From Sphaerodactylus townsendi (taxonomy: Eukaryota), in contig NC_059425.1 in the NCBI RefSeq assembly GCF_021028975.2, positions 84,878,001-84,942,000 of the forward strand: a stretch of DNA of 64,000 bases, written 5' to 3'. Below are positions 10,471 to 22,333 of the stretch, piece by piece. Both the position numbers and the translations under genes were made by a program. The notes beneath the pieces are model-generated. The model saw only the letters and a list, made by a program, of their open reading frames with translations, was not told the origin of the DNA and did no database searches. Position 1 is the stretch's first letter, and each line of letters opens with the position of its first letter.

Positions 10471-12329
10471 GAGAGACTGCTGCTGCTGCTGCTGCTGGCA
10501 GCTCAGCGGTCCCATTTCTCCCAAGCACTGCCAGAAATAATAGCCAATTTGGATTAATATCAAACCTGCCCAAATAAGCCACAGTACAAGCCAGCCTGGA
10601 TTTCTCTCTCTTCCTCTGAATGCCTATTTCACACTTGGACAGGAGGATGCTCTAGAAAGAGTAATTTCTGTATGCTCTATCAAACTTATTAGGATAAAGA
10701 TATATAGGCAAGATAAAGAATGATGCTAGGCACAGAGTTGGGTCCCACAGAACCCATATTTCACTTGGTAGAAAAATGTTCCAAAAATTTAAAAAATGGA
10801 TAAAATCCTAAAAATGCAATTTAGAACCCTTATTAACTAATTAAAAGTAACAGTTTTGATAGTTGTATGCTATCAAAATATGCCAAGACACTCCAGAATA
10901 CAACTCCACAGGTAGACCAGACTACATAGTACCATTCTAATCACAGCAACCCAAACATACATGCAGACAACAGAATTAATTCCAAGCACTTCAAAGATGT
11001 AATGGTTACTCTGATGGTTACAAGAAAACAATATATATTGTGTAGAGGACAGTACCAGTATTTGGCACACATGAATTGTTCACATTTTTGTAATACACAT
11101 AAAATATTATTTCAGTGCTGTATTGTTTATTATAGCAACCACCTTTTATATAAATTCAGAGAGGGTTGGATCCAAGCTTTCTGCAAACTATCTCAGTTCA
11201 CTTTTGTACAAAAGGTCTTTGCTATTTATTTCTCTTTGCAGTTTGGCCTCTGCTCCCCCCCTCCCCCCAGCCACTCCAGAATGTCAGAGGAATGCCAGGA
11301 ATAGAATGAGATGTGGCATGGGGGATTGCTTCCACAAGGAAAAATCAGCAGTAATCTCCTCTTACATGAGCTTTCCCTTTGCTCATATAATGGGTGCTCA
11401 AAGTGGGGGAGGATTTCTGCCATCTCCCCCTCTTCAAACAGGAAGTCGCCACAAGAGTGCTTCTGGGACTGAAGCATCCCACAAAGCACACAAAAGATTT
11501 TAGTTTTTACTTTCATGGAGGGAAGAAGGTCATCTTTTAAAACTTACCAGGGCAGTTTTGAGAAGGGCATGCTGCCTGCAAGATCTGTTCTCCCAGCTAG
11601 CTCCATCCCAGCCCTTTCGTCAGTATTCTAGCCCATCCCCTTCATGAGGCAAAACTGAAACTAAAAGGAGCCAATGAGAAGAAGGCTCATTTGCATACAG
11701 GCTCTGATGTCACTGGGGGACAGTTTGGAGGAAAAATCCTTTTGGGGGGCAGAAAGGGATGAGGGCAAATGATAAAAGAGAGATTTTCAGATGCCCTGAA
11801 GATACTGGGAAACTATAAAATGAAATTAGAACTCACCATAACTGGGAAGGTTCACTGCTAGTGGAGACTTAAATACCCAGCTGATCAAATTTTTAAAAAT
11901 ACGTAGAGAAAAGGACAGCCTGCCAGAGCAGGCAAGGAGGACAACGAAGGAGGACGGGGATGACGATGACGAGCAGGCAAGGATGATGACAATGGGAGAG
12001 GGAGGGCGCAATTGGAGGGGGCGGGGAGGAGGGAGGTGATCTACTGATTTTGCGCCCCCCACGTGACTCCCACGGAGTGCGCCCGGGTCATTTGTCCCCG
12101 GATGTCCCCATGGGAGCTTCGCCACTGGTGCAAATGCACAGCAGAGTACAAAATACATCTGTGTCAAACTGTTTTCCAAAAACAATTGAATATTTCAAGT
12201 TTTCAAATAGTGCTGTATAACTTTTGAAATTATTTGGAGATCAATGTGAAGGCTTCTACCTGCTGCTATCTGAGCAAGAAAACTTTTATTGCAGTTGAAC
12301 ATAAATCCATTTATGAGGTACAAGTGCCA

Positions 12330-13315
12330 CAACCCTTAGGTCAAGAACAGGCTAGCCACACATACTGTCAAGAGTGCTTTGTGCAAGAACGCTCCTGGTA
12401 TGGGTAGTTAACAGAACAAATTACAAAACACTGAGGTATAAATATTCAAGCCTCAGCTAGGTAGCTGCCACCAGTTCCTTTGGTCTACCTCACAGCCAGA
12501 AACCAAGGGACAATCTTCTGGCCCTCCTGCAACTAAAATCAAGAAAGTTACCCTTGCAAGGTAGCATACTTACAAGGCGAGTTTCAGAAAACAGTTATTT
12601 TGGTAGCTTTAGCCAATCCAGACCAAAGGATTGGGTTCAGATTGAAGCCTCTTGAATTCAAAAACACCACAAAATATAATTAGAGATTTATTAAAATTGT
12701 GCAAGGAATTTGAACAAAACAACAGTGAGGACTGAAAATAAAAACTCTAATTGAAAAGACTAACTACACAATTATAGGCATTGATTCTAATACAAGATGT
12801 TACCACAAAGTCTTTCTTACAATCCAGGTTTTTCTCAATCCAGTCCAGGATAAGTTCAGGTTTCCAGTCATTAGGACTCACCCACAAGACAGGCTCAAAA
12901 CAAGTACCCAGAATAAGGAACTTGGAACAAAATTATGATGAAGAATCTGAGCTATATTCCCAGAGACGTGAATTGGCGTGATCTTGGTTAGCCAATCAGG
13001 TGTATCGTTGATGATGTCAATTAACCATGGTGGCCTTTTGTTGGCCATGTGGCCAAGGGGTCAGAGGAATTTGATGTAACTGGACCCTCTGCAGCTAAGT
13101 CCAGCTCCCATCTACAAAGGCTGTTATCCCACTATGATCTCAGTCTGTTAGTTAGATAATGCATTTTCTCAGACCTGGTGTCCTTTGGATTAGATTACGG
13201 ATGAAGATGTACTCTTTGCACCTACCTCTCTTAACTAAGTTTCCACAAGTAAGTAACCTGCTGAGTTTCAACCAGGAAATTTTCCATGTTAGCTAAGCCA
13301 CAGCCTGGACCAGTG
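12330..13315 (-). mobile_element. Possible solo LTR
   Basis: Composition shift with CCAAT boxes and a minus-strand AATAAA at about 12686. Termini and TSD not established. Confidence 0.25.
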
Positions 13316-14621
13316 TTTGAAAGAAACAAGTACTGCATTAAGGACATCAGTTTCTTTGTACAGACACCTAAGAGATGTAACATTTTCAAAAATATTGAGG
13401 CCACAGAAGAAAATTGTGGGAAAGGACTGGAAAATTAAGATGTCTGCTGTACTTATCAAGCTTCAACTTGTTTGCTGCTTTAATAAAATGCATCTAACTT
13501 AGCATTTAAAAATACACTTTGCATATTTATGAGACTCATATAAGAATAAATGACTGATTTTTCTACAGCCAAATTGTAAATACAGCAACATTTTATAATA
13601 CCTGTTTTAGTTTTTGCTATGCGATAGGTCATAAAACATAAAAACCAAAAATAGAAAACATTAATTTGATAATGAGCAAAAGCGTCATTTCAACAAAGGC
13701 TGATTTAATCACAATAAGAGTAGCAACAATATGAATGTCAAGTAAATTTAATTGAAAACATTTGTTCCTTCAGTAATGTTATATATCATAGATGGTTAAG
13801 TAAATGAATGCCAGCAAACACATCAAGAGGTGCCAAGGGACACCACATGGGGCTTTGTGCTATAGCACAATAGTCCCCAACTTTTTTGAGCTTGCAGGCT
13901 CTTTTGCAATTCTAAGACAGGGTGGTGGGCGCAACTATGAAATGCCTGCCGCAGGAGGCACAGCTAACTGCAAATTGTTGGAGAGTGAGGTTATGTATAA
14001 CAGCAAGTCTTCCACATTTTGAGTAGAAGTTTGGCTTAACAAAATGCTTTTTAAATTAACATTTTTTAAGAAATATTTTTCTGCATATACACAGTTTACC
14101 TTCATTCATACAGTGAAGATCCTTGTTCTGTGGTGCCGGCTGATATCAACACTTGTTTTTTGAATTTGTATAACATATGGGAAGCCCTGCTAGGAAAGAT
14201 CAAATCTGGTCCCATCCACTTTCTAAAAACACTTGGTGGGCGCTAGGAAAGGTATTGGTTGGTACCACATTAGGACACCTGTGGCAGCACATATGATAAA
14301 TCTTTGTATTTAGAGCAGGTTGGTAGCAAGTACAGGTAAAGGCTAGCCACAAGGCCCTGACAATATGTATAGACCCAAAGTCTAATATGTACATGCCTCA
14401 ATGAAAGGAACTGTGAGAAGGATGAAGTGGCAAGCAGCCTGGGTCTGACACAGGTTGAAGCAGGTAAGAGACATCCAAAAAATAGCTCAGCTCTAACTAA
14501 AGGGCTTACTCTCACTTAACATTTTTTATTTGGAGAGCAAAATAAATAATCCCTGTCAAGTGTGAAATGTCTGTGTATAAAATTGAAATACTGAACTTAC
14601 TCTTGTTTTTTCTTCCTTTAG

Positions 14622-15383
14622 GTTATAATTGAAGTGACAGAAATGTTGCACAATGCTAGCTTACTTATAGATGACATAGAAGATAATTCAAAGCTTCGAC
14701 GAGGTTTTCCAGTGGCTCACAGTATCTATGGAATACCATCTGTAATAAATTGTGCAAATTTTGTGTATTTTCTTGGCTTGGAGAAGGTTTTAACACTTGA
14801 TCATACAGATGCTGTAGCTGTATTTACTCGCCAGCTGTTGGAGCTCCATAAAGGCCAAGGCCTGGATGTTTACTGGAGAGATACTTACACCTGTCCCACA
14901 GAAGCAGAATATAAAACCATGGTTCTGCAAAAGACAGGTGGCCTTTTTGGACTAGCTGTGGGCCTCATGCAGTTGTTCTCTAACTACAAAAAAGATTTAA
15001 AACCACTTCTTAACACCCTTGGGCTCCTCTTTCAAATTAGAGATGACTATGCAAACTTGTACTCCAAAGAATATAGTGAGAACAAAAGTTTTTGTGAAGA
15101 CTTAACCGAAGGGAAATTCTCATTCCCGACTATCCATGCCACACGGTCCAGGCCAGAAAGCACACAGGTGCAGAATATCCTGCGACAGAGGACTGAAAAT
15201 GTAGATATAAAAAAATACTGTGTACATTACCTTGAGAGTGTGGGTTCCTTTGAATATACACGAAAAACCTTAAAACAACTTGAGTCTGAAGCTTATAGAC
15301 AGATTGAATCTCTTGGGGGAAACCCGGAGCTTGTAGCATTAGTTGAACATTTAAGCAAAATGTTCAAGGAGAATGAAAACTGA
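14622..15383 (+). CDS. GGPS1: GGPS1 duplicate copy, exon 4 (codons 48-300), open frame
   Basis: Polypyrimidine tract and ttag acceptor. FARM DDIED..RRG, KT motif (QKTGG) and SARM QIRDDYAN are present; stop TGA. Confidence 0.93.
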   Translation, partial: VIIEVTEMLHNASLLIDDIEDNSKLRRGFPVAHSIYGIPSVINCANFVYFLGLEKVLTLDHTDAVAVFTRQLLELHKGQGLDVYWRDTYTCPTEAEYKTMVLQKTGGLFGLAVGLMQLFSNYKKDLKPLLNTLGLLFQIRDDYANLYSKEYSENKSFCEDLTEGKFSFPTIHATRSRPESTQVQNILRQRTENVDIKKYCVHYLESVGSFEYTRKTLKQLESEAYRQIESLGGNPELVALVEHLSKMFKENEN

Positions 15384-16213
15384 AACCAGTTGTCAGGCAC
15401 ATGACTGGAATCATTTTATAATTCCTTCCATTGATGGATAGGAACAGATCTCAAACATTTTAAGGGATAATGGTGTTTGGCTTCATCCTGGATTATCTTT
15501 GGCTTAATTTCAACTGCTCATTTAATACTGCATAAAGCTACAAATTTAAATATAGCTATCAAGTTTTACTGTAAAACTTCATTCTTAGTCCATTTCTTTT
15601 TATTGTGGATTTATTTTCATTCTGACCAAGACATGTAATCAACTTCTGAATACAAGACAGCATGGATGTTTCACCTTCAATGTTTTATTAAATTTGCATT
15701 TATCTAGTTCTGCTGTGTCCAAATACATAGTCCAGAATGTTCTCATTTCCTTTTCCATTCGCTTTGAGCCTTGGATTCATGTATGCAGTAAAACTAAAAT
15801 GATTATCAAGGTTGGGTGGGAAGAAGGTGAATTGATCCAGGGCACAAGCCCTAATGGTAGCAGACACCACCACCCCCCCACATAAAAATCTGATACGTGG
15901 TCTTGAATGCCTTAGCTTTGATGCAGGGGTTCCATGGAGCGGGGGAGAGTTTGCTGTTTTTCTCCCTATCTATAGCTTGCTGAAAAGAACTCTGGAACTT
16001 TAACTGGCCCCTCCACAATGATTTTAGGGAGCATGGGGGGATTGACGGAAAGCTGGTAATTTGGAGCCTTTCTTACACAGTATGATCTCTGCACACACGC
16101 CCAGGATAAAAGACAGGCTAGAAAGATGTGGAAATCGATTGGGGGGGGGGGGGTGTTTCAAATATGTTTCAAGCTAATGGTTATCTCATTGCAGTGAAAC
16201 TATACTGCAGTAA

Positions 16214-16416
16214 CTGGTTCTGGTGGGTTTACTGGCTGTGGTCTGGTGAATTTTGTTCCTAACGTTTCGCCTGCATCTGTGGCTGGCATCTTCAGAGGTG
16301 TATCACAGAGAAAAGTCTGTTTCACACTGTGTCTAAGTGAGAAGGGAAAGTTTAATGTGGTATATTGTCCATGTCTCAGGGTGGGGAACCAATCATTAAG
16401 TGTTTGGGTGGAACTT
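16214..16416 (-). mobile_element. Penelope-like element remnant
   Basis: The same motif family occurs at 21283, 52962 and 61349, and it carries a hammerhead-type core. Confidence 0.7.
16256..16300 (-). ncRNA. Minimal type I hammerhead ribozyme motif
   Basis: Minus strand reads cct-CTGAAGA-tgcc-agccacagatgca-ggc-GAAA-CG-TT-agg. This gives the CUGANGA and GAAA core, stem II gcc/ggc, a palindromic stem III (AACGTT) and stem I cct/agg. Confidence 0.72.
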
Positions 16417-17504
16417 GCAGTAAAATTATGCTGCAGTAAAATTATCCTGAAACTTATTGGAGGTAAAGAATTTAGGACTTAAACATATTTCAGGATGGTT
16501 GATTTCCAGAATGTTTCCTTGAGTATTTGTAAGGCTGTCCCTCTTGGCTGAAGATAGCATGATTTTAGGGAGCATGGGGGGATTGACGGAAAGCCGGTAA
16601 TTTGGACCCCTTCTTACACAGTATGATCTCTGCACACATGCCCAGGATAAAAGGCAGGCTAGAAAGGTGTGGAAATCGATTGTGGGTTATTCAAATACTT
16701 TTCAAGCTAATGGTTATCTCATTGCAGTGAAACTATACTGCAGTAAAATTATCCTGAATCTTATTGGAGGTAAAGAATTCAGAACGTAGGCATCTTTCAG
16801 GCTGGATGAGTTCCAGAATGTTTCCTTGAGTATTTGTAAGGCTGTCCCTCTTGGCTGAAGATGGGAATTATAGGGCACAAAAATATTGGGGATGAGTAAG
16901 GTAAATACAGGCTGAGTTACACGGGATTTTCTGTGTAGCTGAAGTGTGGCTTTAAGCTTGGGTATAAAATGCCTTCTTGCTTTAGCTCAGTTTGGATTTT
17001 TTTATAATTTTTACAATTACTTTCAGGCATATAGAATAGTAGGTAAAGATCAGAAGCAACTTCACCCATCCCCTTCACCTGCTTGCCATTATCTAACAGA
17101 ACCTCTGGAACAGACTTGCCACCAGAAATTACTGCCAGTCCCACAAAATCCCTTGCCTGTCTTGTGCTTTAGTCTGTGAGCCTGAAGATATGGACCTGTT
17201 TGTCTTATTTGTGTGCATCACCCAGTATGTTTTTTTAAAAAGATAGGTCATGCAGGCAGTGGTGGGATTCAAATAATTTAACGACCGGTTTCCAGCCCTA
17301 ATGATCGTTTTAAGTATAAAAAAGATATACAGAAAGGTAGTTGATTACTTAAATAATACTTAATGCACATGTATCCTCCTGATTTTTGCACTGTCATACC
17401 AAAATCACCAGCACAGCACAATTCCAGCCATTAGCCACATGTCTGAACATAACAATCACACATCCCATGCTTCGTGGTGCCATAGTGGCACAAAAACCTG
17501 CTTG

Positions 17505-17670
17505 ACATAAGAAGAACATAAAAACAAGCCTGCTGGATCAGACCAGAGTCCATCTAGTCCAGCACTCTGCTACTCGCAGTGGCCCACCAGGTGCCTTTGG
17601 GAACTCACACGCAGGATGTGAAAGCAATGGCCTGCAGCAGCTGCTGCTGCTGAGCACCTGGTCTGCTAAG
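17505..17670 (-). mobile_element. CR1-type LINE 3' end
   Basis: acataagaagaacata...ctgctggatcagaccagagtccatctagtccagca, similar in reverse to 62550-62590. Confidence 0.55.
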
Positions 17671-18699
17671 GCCAGACAAACATGGATCCTTGTGGATCCT
17701 CATGATTTTTTCACTTGGGCACCCCCAAATCACCTGCACATCACACCTCATACCTCTAGACACATGTCTGAACACAATCCTGCATCCCATGCTCCGTGGG
17801 ACAAAAATGTGGTTAAAACACATGGATCTTCCTGATTTTTCCACTTGGTCACCCCAAAATCACCAGCACAACACAGCACAACACATATTTTAAAACTCTC
17901 TTATAACATAATCTAGTTTTATTGTTCTTATTTACGTATTATTTAAGTAATAAACTACCTTTCTGTATATCTTTTTTATACTTAAAACACTCATTAGAGC
18001 TGCAAACAGGTCATTAAATTATTTGAATCCCACCACTGGAAGTTTGGAACCGGTTGTTAAATTATTTGGATCCCACCACTGATCCTAATCCATCACTACA
18101 ATGGATTAAGATTTGTCTAATCTGGGTAAAATGTGAGCACACACATTACTGCTTACTAAGAATGCTTTATTACACAGTGGGAAGAGGCATTGCATTGAAT
18201 AGCAGAACTGCCATAACATAACTGAATAGCAGAACTGCCATAACATGGCAACCTGCAAATTACTGCAAAAATCCATTCTGCAGATTTGTACACAACAGTC
18301 AAGTGAGAATATTCCACAACAGATAAAAATTAATGGTTGAAAAAGCAGTCACCACTTTCTTGTTGCAATAAGTGGCTCCAGAAAAAAATATCTCCTTGCT
18401 ATAGTTCAGGATACTTGGGTCCTCTCCAACAAAAGATGATACTTGGACATCAATTTTTGACCACTGTGGAGTACCCATGCTGCTTTCATGATGGAAGGAT
18501 ACTTGGCTCCAAGCCTCCTAACATTTTGTGGAACCTCTCAACGTTTTGTGACCAAACAAGGCCCCATGTCAGCCATTCTGTGACTGGTCTTGCATCTCCC
18601 AGGGCAGCCATTTGCTGCAGCAACCTCTACCTGTCCTGTTCTCAAAGTGCCCACAGGTTCAAAAAGGTTGAGGAACTGCCCCTTGGATCCCCTTATGTG

Positions 18700-20030
18700 G
18701 CTGCATTTTTATTCAGACGCAACAGCTAAAGCTGAGCAGCACCTGCGTTGTGCTGTGTCTTCGTAACGAAGCATTATATGGAAATAGAAATTCGACACAG
18801 ACGTCACCTGGGGAACTTCTGCCTAGAAAAGCCGTTAGCCAGTCAAAGAGTAGCAATTTCAAAGGGAGACAGCTGGCTACGTACCCAGCGCCAGAAGAGC
18901 AAAAAATCCGAGTGGTATATGACAATACTGGGCTCTAAAAGGCATGTGCAAAAACAGTAGGAAGGAAACGGATCCCAGAGGGTGTTGCTGTGCGTCGCCG
19001 CTGTCACGACTGAAATGGACAGCGGGACACAAGACGCTCCAAAGTGACGGCAGGCTTCACAAAACCGGCCAGTCCGAGAGGCAAGGAAGCAACGAGTCGG
19101 TTTATTTTAAACACGGCGGAGAAATACGTTCAGGGAGCTAGCTGCTGCTGTATAAAAATAAACCTTTAAATATTATTTTAAAAAGATCACCCGTCATCTT
19201 ACGTTTAGTCAAGATTTTTGCACGCACGCCCGACAAAAACAAACCACTCACTCCTTTCTTCCCTGAAACTCTCCAGTCGAAATCCTCGAAAACGTTTTTG
19301 CCAAGGATGCCAAAGTCCGGAAAATTATAACCCATCACGCCGCACAAAGTGTTGCAAGACTGCAGGGAAGCGGAGGCATGGCCGTAGAGGCCAGCATAAG
19401 AAACCGACAACAACGTGGCTAAAGACGTGGGAAGCGACGGCGTAATACCCGCTCTCGATTAGCGGGAGGTGCTAAAACGACCTGCCCGGTTGCAGGGCGG
19501 GGCTCTACGATTATTATTCCCTTCTGCCAGTCCTTGGTCCCTCCCCTTATCCATCTCTCCGCATAGCCAAAGAAAGCGCGAGCTGTACGGGTACTCTCTC
19601 TCCCTAGCCGCAATTACCTCTGTTCCTGGGGCTGTGTCGCTCCCGTAGTCTTAATAATGACGTCACCTTCTATTGTTCTTGGGACTTCCACGCATGCGTT
19701 AGTTTGAGCACACCTACCTTCCTTCCTTTCCCAAGTGGGCGGGCTTTTAGAGCCACGTCACCTTTTCCGTGGACTATTTTCAATTGGCCTCGTCCAAACG
19801 TTCTGCCTTCCTCTTGGTGCACTTATTGTCACAATAGCTCTCTAGAAAGGAGATACTGCGGGCCGCAGAGGCTTACGGGTAGCAGGTTACAAAGGCGGAG
19901 GAAAAAATCCCAAACATTTTGGTGCAAACGGCCGGAGTTAAAGAGACTGGAGGGGAGACAGTAGAGTAGCTCACGCCCCCAAATTTCCGATTTTGTTTAG
20001 GTCAGATCGCGTTCTTTTGGCGTGTCATGA
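18700..20030. promoter_or_regulatory. CpG-rich promoter-like region in the palindrome spacer (candidate TBCE promoter/first exon)
   Basis: High CpG. GC box gggcgggg at about 19495, CRE TGACGTCA at 19658, NRF1-like CGCATGCG at 19691, CCAAT. Minus-strand donor GAG|GTAATT at about 19617. TBCE is suggested only from amniote synteny. Confidence 0.6.
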
Positions 20031-21282
20031 AGGCAGCTGTGATACTTTAGATAAAGCAAAACAGCTGACAACATTGGACAGCTTTTTCATGTATTTTTGG
20101 AAACTCAACACACTACAGGCTACTTCGAATTTTGACAGTAGCAAACAAATGGTTGGCCAATGCGTTGTGTAACATGTCTCAGTTTATTCCATTTAATGTC
20201 CCAGTTTATTCCATTATTTGATACTTAGATTATAGACTTATAACAGTAAGACACAACGGCAAACTAACTCTGAATATCTCGTACCCTAAATCCGCTACAA
20301 TTTCACAACCAAATAATAATTCAAAAAACTCTTGCCCACATAAGCTTTTGGACTACTTGTAGATCCTTTCTCAAAAAATGTTTAGTAGGTGGGTATGATA
20401 GTCTATGGAGTAGCATGCTCATCCCCAGAATCCGGATCATTTTCATAATCAATATAGGTAGGACTATTTTATTACATTTCATTTTGTCCTTCCATTTCTG
20501 CAGAGACTGCTTATGACAGGTGTAATATTTATCTCCCCCCACCCCCATAATCTAGTTTTGTGTACCTCTTTTTATTGTCTTATTTAAGTATTAAGTATTA
20601 TTTAAGTAATCAACTACCTTTCTGTATGTCTTTTTTTATACTTAAAACGATTATTAGGGCTGCAAACTGGTCATTAAATTATTTGAATCCCACCACTGGA
20701 AGTTCCAAACTGGTTGTTAAATTATTTGAATTCCACCATTGCCTGCATGTTCTTTCTTTTTTTAAAATCTACCTAATACATACTGGGTGATGCACACAAA
20801 TAAGACAAACAGGTCCATATCTTCAGGCTCACAGACTAAAGCACAAGACAGGCAAGGGATTTTGTGGGACAGGCAGTAATTTCTGGTGGCAAGTCTGTTC
20901 CAGAGGTTCTGGTAGATCATGGCAAACAGGTGGAGGGGATGAGTGAAGTTGCTTCTGATTTTTACCTACTATTCTAGATGCCTGAAAGTATTTGTCAAAA
21001 TTATAAAAAATGCAAACTGAGCTAAGGCAAAAAGGCATTTTATACCCAAGTTTAAAGCCACACTTCAGCTACACAGAAAATCCCGTGTAACTCAGCCTGT
21101 GTTTACCTTACTCAACCCCAGTATTTTTGTGCCCTATAATTCTTATCTTCAGCCAAGAGGGACAGCCTTACAAATACTCAAGGAAACATTCTGGAACTCA
21201 TCCAGCCTGAAAGATGCCTATGTTCTGAATGCTTTACCTCCAATAAGTTTCAGGATAATTTCACTGCAGCATAATTTTACTT

Positions 21283-21495
21283 TAAGTTCCACCCAAACAC
21301 TTAATGATTGGTTCCCCACCCTGAGACATGGACAATATACCACATTAAACTTTCCCTTCTCACTTAGACACAGTGTGAAACAGACTTTTCTCTGTGATAC
21401 ACCTCTGAAGATGCCAGCCACAGATGCAGGCGAAACATTACGAACAAAATTCACCAGACCACGGCCACACAGCCCGGTAAACCCACCAGAACTAG
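21283..21495 (+). mobile_element. Penelope-like remnant with a mutated hammerhead motif
   Basis: cctCTGAAGAtgcc...ggcGAAAcattacg at 21402-21442. Stems III and I are mutated relative to the left-arm copy. Confidence 0.7.
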
Positions 21496-22333
21496 TTACT
21501 GCAGTATAGTTTCACTGCAATGAGATAACCATTAGCTTGAAACATATTTGAAACACTAATCGATTTCCACATCTTTCTAGCCTGTCTTTTATCCTGGGCA
21601 TGTGTGCAGAGATCATACTGTGTAAGAAAGGCTCCAAATTACTGGCTTTCCATCAATCCCCTCATGCTCCCTAAAATCATTGTGGAGGGGCCAGTTAAAA
21701 TTCCAAAGTTCTTTTCAGCAAGCTATAGATAGGGAGAAAAACAGCAAACTCTCCCCCGCTCCATGGAACCCCTGCATCAAAGCTAAGGCATTCAAGACCA
21801 CGTATCAGATTTTTATGTGGGGTGGTGGTGGTGGTGGTTCTGGTTCTTGGTGTCTGCTACCATTAGGGCTTGTGCCCTGGATCAATTCACCTTCTTCCCA
21901 CCCAACCTTGATAATCATTTTGGTTTTACAGCATACATGAATCCAAGGCTCAAAGCGAATGGAAAAGGAAATGAGAACATTTTGGACTATGTATTTGGAC
22001 ACAGCAGAACTAGATAAATGCAAATTTAATAAAACATTGAAGGTGAAACTTCCATGCCGTCTTGTATTCAGAAATTGATTACATGTCTTGGTCAGAATGA
22101 AAATAAATCCACAATAAAAAGAAATGGACTAAGAATGAAGTTTTACAGTAAAACTTGATAGCTATATTTAAATTTGTAGCTTTATGCAGTATTAAATGAG
22201 CAGTTGAAATTAAGCCAAAGATAATCCAGGATGAAGCCAAACACCATTATCCCTTAAAATGTTTGAGATCTGTTCCTATCCATCAATGGAAGGAATTATA
22301 AAATGATTCCAGTCATGTGCCTGACAACTGGTT

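Larger units (their letters stand above)
5297..17360 (+). repeat. Left arm of the GGPS1 inverted duplication
   Basis: 5297-6455 and 14327-17360 are reverse-complement homologous to 25336-23392 (minus the MITE) and 23392-20580. Confidence 0.95.

Noticed and set aside
14634-15383. GGPS1 retrocopy (processed pseudogene) or stand-alone 249 aa gene
   Set aside because: The ORF is the large last exon. The splice acceptor, intron and separate exon 3 are duplicated too, so this is a DNA-level duplication. The listed ORF start is an internal GTG.
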